A stretch of 64,000 nt of DNA. Origin: Macrostomum hystrix. Taxonomy: Eukaryota > Animalia > Platyhelminthes. The translations under genes and the position numbers were made by a program. The stretch spans positions 8,308,001-8,372,000 of the forward strand of contig CATNEN010000002.1 of assembly GCA_950097015.1 (NCBI GenBank), read 5' to 3'. The notes below the pieces were generated by a model. It was given only the letters and a program-made list of their open reading frames with translations, did not search any database and was not told the DNA's origin. This document shows, piece by piece, positions 33,021 to 43,200 of this stretch (position 1 is its first letter; every line of letters begins with the position of its first letter).

Positions 33021-33161
33021 CAATGTTGCACGGCTTGAGTGTATGATAAAAACATCAAAATCACACAATATTTGTGATAAACGGCTATTAATAGCATCGC
33101 GCTTCGCGCCCTCGGTGCAAATGCATTCGTGCACTCATGGCCGTTCATTACTTATACATTG
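33021..33161. mobile_element. ~140-bp Crypton-end-like module bounded by CAATG...CATTG
   Basis: Reverse complement of 54863-54997. Shares CGCGCCCTCGG and GTGCAACAAT motifs with the Crypton end at 56800-56930. Confidence 0.6.
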
Positions 33162-34392
33162 TCTTCTTATACGGTGGCAATTTCTTCCACCGAAGCAGTC
33201 GCGTAATCCACTTTTAAATTATTCTCCGCCAACCAGGCCGTCAAGCGGTTGATCACAGCTTTCTCCTTAGAGACAGTCGAGTGACATTCGTTGTCGCGTT
33301 CCAGTTGAGCGGCCAGACTTTCCAATTCGTCAAGGTTACACAAGGTTTCCGGATCCGAGCTGAAAAGTTTCTCTAATTCTTCGCCTTTGTCTATGTCTAT
33401 GACTTTGTCTATGGTCAAAAGACAATGATATTCCTACACGCAAACTCGTGCGTCTATGGCAAAATGCACTCGTGCGCTTCAGGCACTCGTGCTTTTGCCA
33501 TTGACGCACTCGTTTTCGTGCAGGAATATTACATTGTCCCATAGATATTTGCATTGCTTCACATAAGGCAATAACTGGGGTTGCTTAACGCTGATGACTC
33601 GATCAAAGACAGTTGTGGGCGTAAATGTATTTAACAAAACGACGGTAAAATAATCAACGCAACAACAGTTTAGAGTTTCTCTTTCAAAACAGTTAGTTTG
33701 AATTTTCGATGACGGTGAACCCTCACTTGGAAAAAGTAAAGGAGCAGTTCTCGAACTTGCACTCTGTGAATATCGATCCCACGCAACTCGTGACACCGAT
33801 TGATCGATTGGATATCGATTGGATTGCTGCGGGCGTAGCAACCGCAGGTTCAAGTGATTCGCCGTAGGTAGGCTCAATTGCCGATGCTGAAGTTGACGAC
33901 GGACCAGCACTGCTTGCAGACTTCACGAGAGCCTGGCAGATGGACGATGACGCCTCCCGTACGACATTGTCACGTTTTCGTGATAGGTATCGTCGCACAG
34001 TTGCTTCGTTTTGCTGCCCAGTAATGCACATTATGTCACTAAGAACAAAACCAGAGTCCTTCAGATCAGCAATTCGGGTCACTCGAATGCAATGATTAGT
34101 ATAGGTCCTCGACAGGAGACACACTTTGCTCAGTCTTTGCATAATTGAGCCAAGCCAATTGATGCCACGCACTTGCTTTGTTGAGAAGCGAACTACACCA
34201 TCCTTGTTTGGCATTGGTCTCGGAAAAAAGGTGTCATCCTTTGTTTCGGCGGGCAGTGACGCAGAGTACAACAGAATCAGCTCTCTCTGCTTACCGTAGA
34301 TTCTCGCTTGCTTTTCGACGAATGATTTAGCTTTATTTGGATCGGCGCTCTGGTTTTTTGTTGGCAGAGTCGGTAGCTCCAGATAGGGATGC
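33162..34392 (-). pseudogene. Crypton tyrosine recombinase remnants: C-terminal half 33723-34392 and a separate N-terminal piece 33162-33418
   Basis: TKNQSADP...FFPRP...GINWLGSIMQRLSKVCLLSRTYTNHCIRVT...IMCITGQQNE...RRY matches DUF3504/Crypton HxxR...TGH...Y motifs. Cut by the solo LTR at 34393 and by the module at 33161. Confidence 0.82.
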
Positions 34393-36686
34393 TGAAATGG
34401 TTAGGTCTTTTGCAAGCGCTGACCTGCACTCATGAGAGAAGATACTAGAGCGGGCGACAGAGTCGACTTGAATGACCGCTAAGCTACACGCGAGATTTCG
34501 CGGAGAGAGAGAGAAGATGAAGGGAGGTTCAGCGGATGCAGGGAGTGGTCCTATCGGCCTCAGGCTGGCCAGTCCCACTCGTCCGATAGGCCACAGGCGT
34601 GACAGCCGTGCCTACCCCAAGCAGTGCTCGAAACCGACTAAAAGTCTAAGAAGAGGGTCGGACTGCCCGGAATCGGACAGGGCAGGGCTAACTAGTCTAC
34701 TGCCGTCAGTAGTGTGTGCGCAACTGACTCCTAACCTTGGTAGCGGTGGTCGAATCGGCCTAGGCTCCTGTCACAGAACTGCGGAAAGGCTATCGGCAAA
34801 GCGGATAGTTGATCGAGGGTAGCGCCACCACCCAATGCGCCTACGTTGCCACCGCAGACATTTGGGAACTTGGGTCCCCGGAGTACACAGCTCCTACTTT
34901 ATCACGCAGATCCAGACGGGCCGAAAATAGGGCATTCTGCAACTTCCGTTTTAGACTGGGGTGAGAGCCCCAGAATGGATCGAGACACGCCTCAAAAGGG
35001 GATTCCTGAATTCGCGCTACAGGGGTCTAGAAAGGTGGTACTAAGAACTCGAATGAGAATCCATAGCCGGAATCCTACTCATGAAACATCAGGCACGTTC
35101 TTTACATTAGACTGCAGCCTACACATTAAGTAACTAGCAAATCCGAATCTGTGTGAGATGAGGAAGACAGAGACTGGAGAGATTAAGCAGAACACTGGCT
35201 GAGTGATTACGCAAGCGAAAGATTCTTAGATCATCACTCTCGCTCCCGTAGCCGCAGTCGCGAGAGGGGAATAGGGGAAAACTTCATTGACAAGGGAGTT
35301 CGACACGTACACCGTTGAACCCTCCCAAGAGGAAAAAGGAAAACCGGCTAAGAATTCCCCCAACCCTCAGGAAAGAGATGCACATGCTTACACTCCGCAT
35401 TTTGCTCGCGAATCCCTAGCTCCTTATTACTCTTATGCGCGCTTACAGTTGTCTTCCTGCCGCAGCCTTCAGCTCGGCATCACCAGAGCCCGCCCCCTAG
35501 GCGATTAGCCACTCATGATCGAGGGCTGTCTAGCGATAAAATAAAGGTGAAAGAGAGGCATAGTAAAAGGATTAAGTTGTTTTTAAACGTAGCCCAATAA
35601 GTTAATTGTGCTGTGAATCAATAGTTTATTAGGCTGAAACAATTCCCTAGCTCCCCTCCCACTAAATGCCGCCTGACTAGAAGTAAATTGTCCCTTGAGA
35701 GTGACAATAACAAGCCGCTGCGCGGATTACTTATCTGGATCTCGCTTGGCCGCGTGCTGCAGTCCCGTTGTTCTCGGGGAGAAAGGATGGGGCAAAAACA
35801 GCAAGGCAGAGAAGGGAAAACTTCTGCGAGTTGGCAGGGGCCAACACACCGGGAGCTCAGTGGCTCAATTTAGTGCTCACCTAAAGAGGTGGCTTGCGCT
35901 TAGGGGGATGGAGACAGGCAATGGGCCTGTGCTAGCTACGCGGAGCTCAAGGCTCAAGGGTCTAAGCCCTACGTGGGTCCGGAAAAGTGCTCTGGGTCCG
36001 GTGGGAGTCCGGCCCGGCAATGAGATAGGTCGAGGTCCGGAAGAAGGTTGTCCTAGGGGCAGCGCAGCGCGCTTTCTTAAATAGTCTTGCAGCACGCCAA
36101 CCCCGACATCCATCAAAATAACCCACATTCGCGCCAGCCTGTCAACGGCGAATCGAAGCGGCGATGGCCGCCCCGATTACCCAATGAACCGACGGCGAGA
36201 AACGACAGATGCTCCTCGAGAGCAGCCGCCGGCAGACGGCCAATAATTGTTACTCCGCCAGGACAATGGAAGCGCAGGCGCCGACCTGCCTACAGTGACA
36301 TTTACATGTATCTAAAGGAGGGAGGTCATAAAGTCGAGCTGGGCTCGAATACTGTAAAGAAGTGGGGACATGAAGAATTAATGATCACTCATAATGCCCG
36401 AGTGATTCCCAATATCTGATCGCGGTTTGGAGGAGAATTATGACCTAAACTACTCATACAATAAAAGTTATGGCCGCGATTAGGCATTCCTACAGGGGTC
36501 TAGACAGATCCAGGGAGAGGGGATTCGATGGCTACTTAATTCACCGCCGCCCCAAACCCGGCCCTAAGATTAATGATCTGGTTTGTGGCCAGCTGCTATG
36601 TGGGTCGCAATTATTAGATACTTAAAATTTTGAAAAATTATGCTGGCTCACATTCCCGCTCGATTCCAGTAGCACACTCCACATCA
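34393..36686 (-). mobile_element. 2.3-kb solo LTR, copy 1 (flanks do not form a TSD)
   Basis: TGAAATGG...CCACATCA termini; colinear with 52084-54418. Minus-strand TATTTAA (~36080) and AATAAA (~35615) are kept in both copies. Confidence 0.75.
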
Positions 36687-37149
36687 CTAGCCTTCAAGAT
36701 GAGACCGTCTTCAATGAGGCTCACGGGTGCAACATCTCAATTGGAGCTAAAAACAGAACCAAAAACCGCTGCTAATATTTCTGAACAATGTTGATTACTT
36801 TAAACTGTGGCCAGCAAAACAAAGAACTTTCGCCAATTCTGTTCGGATCTCTGCCTTAAAATGTCATTTTGTCAAGAATTAAAGTACGTAAAAAATACTG
36901 CTGGCTACGATTTAGCAAACACCTTTTTTCAGCCATTAAAAAGCATCTATTGATCAACAAAGCAAATCAATCAATGTCTAACAGATACTACGAGTATCCC
37001 ATGCCGGTTCGGGACTTTGCAGAACGTGACGACGGAACTTTTTGAGTTGTTGAAGTTTGTTTACAAAACAGAAATGGAACTCCCCGATCTGAAATTGCAC
37101 CTGCTGCTGCGCGTAAGTGGCGGTCTTGAGATTACTCTGATTCGCACAG

Positions 37150-38294
37150 CAGCACCCCCTGTTAGACAGCATCAACACCTGTTAGACAGCATCAACACCT
37201 GTTAGACAGCATCCCCTGTTAGACAGCATCCCCTGTTAGACAGCATCCCCTGTTAGACAGCATCAGCACCTGTTAGACAGCATCCCCTGTTAGACAGCAA
37301 CATCACCTGTTAGACAGCATCAACACCTGTTAGACAGCAGCATCCCCTGTTAGACAGCATCAACACCTGTTAGACAGCATTAACACCTGTTAGACAGCAT
37401 CCCCTGTTAGACAGCATCCCCTGTTAGACAGCATCCCCTGTTAGACAGCATCAGCACCTGTTAGACAGCATCCCCTGTTAGACAGCAACATCACCTGTTA
37501 GACAGCATCCCCTGTTAGACAGCAACATCACCTGTTAGACAGCATCAACACCTGTTAGACAGCAGCATCCCCTGTTAGACAGCATCAGCACCTGTTAGAC
37601 AGCAGCATCCCCTGTTAGACAGCATCAACACCTGTTAGACAGCAGCATCACCTGTTAGACAGCAGCATCCCCTGTTAGACAGCAACATCACCTGTTAGAC
37701 AGCATCAGCACCTGTTAGACAGCATCAGCACCTGTTAGACAGCAACATCACCTGTTAGACAGCATCAGCACCTGTTAGACAGCATCAGCACCTGTTAGAC
37801 AGCAGCATCCCCTGTTAGACAGCAACATCACCTGTTAGACAGCATCAGCACCTGTTAGACAGCATCAGCACCTGTTAGACAGCATCAGCACCTGTTAGCA
37901 TCAACACCTGTTAGACAGCAGCATCCCCTGTTAGCATCAACACCTGTTAGACAGCAGCATCACCTGTTAGACAGCATCAGCACCTGTTAGACAGCATCAG
38001 CACCTGTTAGACAGCAGCATCACCTGTTAGACAGCAGCATCACCTGTTAGACAGCAGCATCCCCTGTTAGACAGCAGCATCCCCTGTTAGACAGCATCAG
38101 CACCTGTTAGACAGCATCAGCACCTGTTAGAAAGCATCAGCACCTGTTAGACAGCATCAGCACCTGTTAGCATCAACACCTGTTAGACAGCAGCATCACC
38201 TGTTAGACAGCAGCATTCCCTGTTAGACAGCATCAGCACCTGTTAGACAGCAGCATCACCTGTTAGATAGCAGCACCTGTTAGACAGCATCAAC
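37150..38294. repeat. 18/21-bp minisatellite (same family as 28850-29276), resuming at 48731
   Basis: Tandem CACCTGTTAGACAG units interrupted by the LINE pair. Confidence 0.93.
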
Positions 38295-38584
38295 GGGACA
38301 CAACGCCTGTGAGGTATGAGTCAGTCCAGGCCCACGGGCTAAGGTCTGCGATGCCTCACACCTGCAGTCGTTTTTTGAGCAGGCTTGGCAGGAAGGAGCC
38401 CTGTGCCTTCGGGTGCAGGAATCCCTCCACGCTGTCCCGTCAGCTGACCCATGGGTACACGTCCCGCGAGTGTTCAAGGCTGACCCTAGGGCAGCCGGAC
38501 AGAATGGGCAACAGCGCTGGATGACCCATCCAGGGCCTCTAGCCAAACTGGGTACCTCTAGCCCCGGCTGGAGGGAAAGGTGCC

Positions 38585-38812
38585 ACCCTTTGACCTCAAC
38601 AGGGTATGCGGCCAGTCCGCAGCGTTCGTGCACCTGTGCGTGATCAGGTACCTCTGGCTACGGCTCTGAGGGATTGGTGTCTACCCTTTGACCTTAACAG
38701 GGTATGCGGCCAGTCCGCAGCGTTCGTGCACCTGTGCGTGATCAGGCACCTCTGGCTTCGGCTCTGAGGGAACGGTGTCTACCCTTTGACCTTAACAGGG
38801 TACGCAGGTTAA
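38585..38812 (+). repeat. 98-bp monomers (~2.3 copies) in the LINE A 5' UTR
   Basis: ACCCTTTGACC at 38585, 38683 and 38781. Confidence 0.9.
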
Positions 38813-38969
38813 CTGCGGGTCTGGCGCTGCTTTCTGCCGCCCTCTAAGGCCCAAGGTCTCGCCGTGCCGAAGGGCGCTTTGCCGGGGAGTAGTCCGGTCT
38901 TTAGCGGTTTCTTTTTATTCTTTTCTCTATTCTTGTGAGTCACCGCTCACCCTCCTCCCGCTTTCAGCA

Positions 38970-40268
38970 ATGGCTTCTTCTGCTCAATCTTTTAAAGATA
39001 ATGAAACTGGAAACCCCCCAGTTGCTCCGGCCGCTTCCAACAGCGCCAACGTCGCCCCACCGGAGGCTACCGGACCCGCTTCCGCCCTGCCTGACGGTAG
39101 ACCTGTCCCCGGACCCCCAGGCATCCGGTCCAAGGAAGCCCGTCAAGGCCGCAACCAACGCCGCAACGAACAGCGTCGGCGACAGCGTGAGAGGGAGGCC
39201 GCGGTTCGGCAATCCGCGGAGGTGGTGCCTCAAGTGGGCGAAGGAGCGGTTGGGCCGAAAGGAGCCACCGCCACCTCAGCCCCTCGGGAAACTGCCTCCG
39301 CGGGGTCACCACCCGTTGAGCCCACCAGCAACTCAAACACCGGCAACGTGGCTGGGCCATCTGGAGCCGCCACACATGCAACGATGGCGAGCGAGGCCCC
39401 GGCCAGCCAACCATCTACCAAGGCCAAGGAGTCCTACGCCTCCAAGGCCAGTGCCATGCTCCAACCCGCGGTCATCGTTTTTGGGGAAAAGCAAGACCTC
39501 ACGGCCGAGCAGCTCGACAGTGTCTGGCGCATCATCGACGCTGCGCTCATTGACCAGCTCCTGGCAGGCCGCCCGGTGAGCGTGGTCAAATCGGCCAAAA
39601 CGGACGGCTGCATCTTCATCTGGTGCAACTCCGAGGAAAGCAGCCGAGCCCTACGCGAACTTCTGCCACAGCTAAAGTGGCCCAAGAAGCTCGGCAAACT
39701 CACCATCGCCAGGCCGGGGAGGGATCGGAAAATAAGCGGGCCGCTCCTGGCTCTGGGGCGAAAGCTCCGGCATGCAACGTCCGCGGACCCCCGCCCGGGC
39801 AAAAATATCCGCATCGCCGAATCCGGCCCCCGAGATCGTAGACCAGCCCGCAACAACCGCAAATCGGGCCTGGTCTTGCGGGCGCTCAGCGAAGCCCGAG
39901 CGCTCAGAGAGCACCTGGAGCGCTCCCGCGCTACAAAAGCGCAAACCTCCCTTCCTCCCAGCCAGCCGCAAAGTGCCGGGACCCACGGAGCGGTGGCCAC
40001 CGACTGGTCTGAGGATCCCCCTCACCGGAAGGAGGCTGCCATCCACACGGACCCGACCCCCGAGGGCGAGGCGTCGAGTGACGGCAGCGACTGCACCGTT
40101 GTTGGGTGGAGCGGCCGGGACACGCAGCGGTCAGAGCAGCAGCTCTCCGCAGCGATTCCCGCCGTTCCCTCCACAGCGGTTGCGGGCGCGCCGCTACTCA
40201 TGGAGGTCTGCAGCCCGACCCCGTCTGAGGAGGACGAGCTGCTCAAGGAGACTCCCGCTGGACCATGA
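38970..40268 (+). CDS. LINE A ORF1 (432 aa; central DUF4780-like region)
   Basis: Position upstream of ORF2 with overlapping stop/start. Hydrophobic core IIDAALIDQLL...GCIFIWCNSEESSRALRELL; the domain name is from recall. Confidence 0.8.
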   Translation: MASSAQSFKDNETGNPPVAPAASNSANVAPPEATGPASALPDGRPVPGPPGIRSKEARQGRNQRRNEQRRRQREREAAVRQSAEVVPQVGEGAVGPKGATATSAPRETASAGSPPVEPTSNSNTGNVAGPSGAATHATMASEAPASQPSTKAKESYASKASAMLQPAVIVFGEKQDLTAEQLDSVWRIIDAALIDQLLAGRPVSVVKSAKTDGCIFIWCNSEESSRALRELLPQLKWPKKLGKLTIARPGRDRKISGPLLALGRKLRHATSADPRPGKNIRIAESGPRDRRPARNNRKSGLVLRALSEARALREHLERSRATKAQTSLPPSQPQSAGTHGAVATDWSEDPPHRKEAAIHTDPTPEGEASSDGSDCTVVGWSGRDTQRSEQQLSAAIPAVPSTAVAGAPLLMEVCSPTPSEEDELLKETPAGP

Positions 40269-43200
40269 TCGGCCACACTGGGATCACCTGCCTGCAGGTT
40301 AACCTGCAACACTGCATAGCTGCATCCGTCAATCTGATGCGCTATGTCGAGCTCAACATGCCGGGTCTCATCCTCGTCCAGGAGCCGTGGACTCATAAAG
40401 GTAAGCCTCAAAATGTACCCAATGGGTATCACTGCCTCTACAACAGCCGTCACTGGGAGAACCAAACTCCCAGGGCGTGCATCCTCGTGAGAGACTCCCT
40501 CAACGCCTGGCACAGACCCGACCTTTCTGATCGGGACACCTGTGTCATCCAGACGGAGAACATCCTCCCAGGAAAAACCGTCTTAATCGCCTCGGTTTAC
40601 TTACCGGGCGACAGGCCGGCAGTCCCTGAGGAGCTGATCTCTCTGACTGAAACCTGCGCTGCCAAAAACTATGAGCTCATAGTGGCTGGCGATATTAACG
40701 CCCACCACACCCACTGGGGGAGCTCTGACATTAACTCGAGAGGCGAGGACCTCCTTGCCTACATCTTAACCACGTCCCTGGAGTTCTGCAACACAGGGAG
40801 CACCCCGACCTTTGACAATGGCCGGTGGTCTGAGGTCATCGACGCCACTCTAGCCACACCTGGGCTTTACCAGAGCCTTAGGGAGTGGCAGGTTCTGCCG
40901 GAGACCTCCCTCTCCGATCACAAATACATCTCTTTCCAACTGGCGGGTGCACGCTGCACTAACCAGATCACTTGGAAAAGGAACGCTAGGAATACCGATT
41001 GGGAAGCCTTCAGGCATAACCTCGAAGGAACCCAACGAAACCTAAGCCCCCCCGCCAACACCTGCGATGAAGCGGATGAGCTAGCTGAGTTTCTCACCAA
41101 CTCGCTGACCACCGCCTTCGAGGCCTCCTGCCCCCTCAAAGCTTACAGAGGCAAAACTTCGGCCCCATGGTGGAATCCGCAGCTCGGCGAGCTCCGTCGA
41201 ACGGCGAAGCGGCTGCACCGCAGGGCCACGAAGACAAAAAACCCGGCTGATCAGGCTGCGTATCTCGAAGCCATCCATAGCTTCAAGAAGGAAGTCAGAA
41301 ACGCCAAAAACAGCAAGTGGCGGCAATACTGTGAGGAGCTTGAGGGCACTCGCCCCACCTCCAGAATTGTCAAAGCCCTCACGCTGGACAAAATGTCCAA
41401 GCTTTCGACGGTGAGGAAGGCCGATGGCCGACCCACCGAGAACCCTGGGGAAACGCTCGACACTATGCTCACAGCCTTTTTCCCCAGCGTGCCAGCAGGG
41501 ACAGACCCCCCGGATCACACCGAGGGAGGTCATATCCTTGCGACGTCCATCATTACTGAAGACCGGGTTACCAAGGCAGCCCAGTCTTTCAAACCCTTCA
41601 AATCCCCGGGGCCGGACGGCATTATACCAGCCTTCATCCGCGAGGCGGTAAAATGCCATGGCTTCCTCACAAATCTTTGCAAGCTCCTTAAGGCTTGCAT
41701 TGTGCTTGGGTATGTTCCGAAGGCATGGACCGAGGCGAGGGTGGTTTTTATCCCCAAGCCAGGCCGCCCGGACTACCATTCCATTAAATCGTTTCGGCCA
41801 ATTAGCCTTACCTCCACCATGGTCAAACTGATGGAGAGATTGGTGCTCTGGCGCCTCCTCTCTGTGGAGCTGAAAAATATGCCACTAAGCGGCAATCAAC
41901 ACGCCTTTCGGTCGGGACGTTCCACCGAAAGCGCTCTCCACGCTCTGGTGGACGCTCTGGAAAAGGCCGTCCTCGGGAACGGCTTTGCCCTGAGCATCTT
42001 CCTGGATATTGACGGGGCCTTCGACAACGTTCTCTTCGAGGCGTTTGACAGGGCCCTACGTATGCGGCACACGCATTCGCATCTTAGGAGGTGGATCATG
42101 TACATGGTCCGCCACCGCACTGCTACGGCACACCTTCTTGGACACCAGCGGACGGTCACTGTCTGCAAAGGTTGCCCACAAGGCGGCGTCCTCTCACCAG
42201 TTCTCTGGAACATGGTTATCGACGAGCTCTTACGAGACTCTCAGCCAGACCCCATCCTAAAGGTCGGCTATGCGGATGATGTTACGGCAGTGGCATCTGG
42301 CCCGGTACCAGAGGCCCTCCGAGACCTTCTGCAAAACTTTATCAACAACGCCGAAAGATGGGCAACTCGCTGCGGTCTGAAGCTCTCCGAGTCTAAGACA
42401 GCGGCGATCATGTTCACCAGCAAAAACAAATGGCATATTCGCCCCCTGCAGCTGTATGGAAAGGACATCACCTTCCAGAAGCAAACTAAATGCCTGGGCA
42501 TAACGCTCGATCACAGGCTCAGCTGGACTCCTCATGTCCATGCCAAAGCCAAAAAGGCCTTTGCGATCCTGGCGCAGCTGCGCAGGGCGGTGGGCAACAC
42601 GTGGGGTCTCACCCCCAAACGCCTATGGTGGATCTACACTGCTATGGTCAGGCCGGCTGTCTCGTACGCCGGACTGATCTGGGCTAGTGCCCTTCAGCTT
42701 AAGACCTGCCATGAGACTCTTCGGAGAGTGCAAGGTCGCGCATGTCGGACGATCATGAGCGCCCCGCCATCCGCCCCCTTCGATGGCCTCAACGCCTTCT
42801 TGAACATCCTCCTGCTCGATATCTTTATCCGCGGGGAGGCGGCAAAAACCGCCCGGCGTCTCCTTGATGCCGGTGTGCGCTTCGTCCCCCAACGAGCGGC
42901 AGCGAAGCGAAAGCTCCTGCCGCACACGGACCTTTGCCTGAGAGACTTGGGTGCGAGCAACGGAATCAATGTCCTTACGGACGGTGAACCGTGCTCGCTC
43001 AACCTCCTTCAGCGCTTTAAGGTTCTCATCCCCACCAGGGACCAAGTTAGCGACCACTGGAACACCCAGGAGGTCCACTGCTACACGGACGGATCCATGA
43101 AGGATGGCTCCGCTGGCTTCGGGGTCTGTATCCTTATCAACGGACGTGTTGTCGCCACACACGCCCAACACACTGGAAAATCCTCGAGCGTTTTCCAGAA

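Larger units (their letters stand above)
29260..33161. repeat. Duplicated block, paralogous to 48735-54997 (differs by indels and insertions)
   Basis: Colinear matches: 29260-30320 with 48745-49770, 30600-30760 with 50060-50225, 31317-32460 with 50228-51305, 32484-32580 with 51985-52083, 32577-33020 with 54419-54862. Confidence 0.9.

Noticed and set aside
1295-33600. CTGATGA hammerhead cores (e.g. ~1299, ~10012, ~17206, ~33591)
   Set aside because: No correctly spaced GAAA and stems I-III are evident, and some lie in exons or ordinary introns.
28850-38294. CRISPR-like appearance of the CCTGTTAGACAG arrays and other periodic repeats
   Set aside because: The sequence between repeats is 4-9 nt and nearly constant, there are no unique spacers or cas genes, and the context is eukaryotic.
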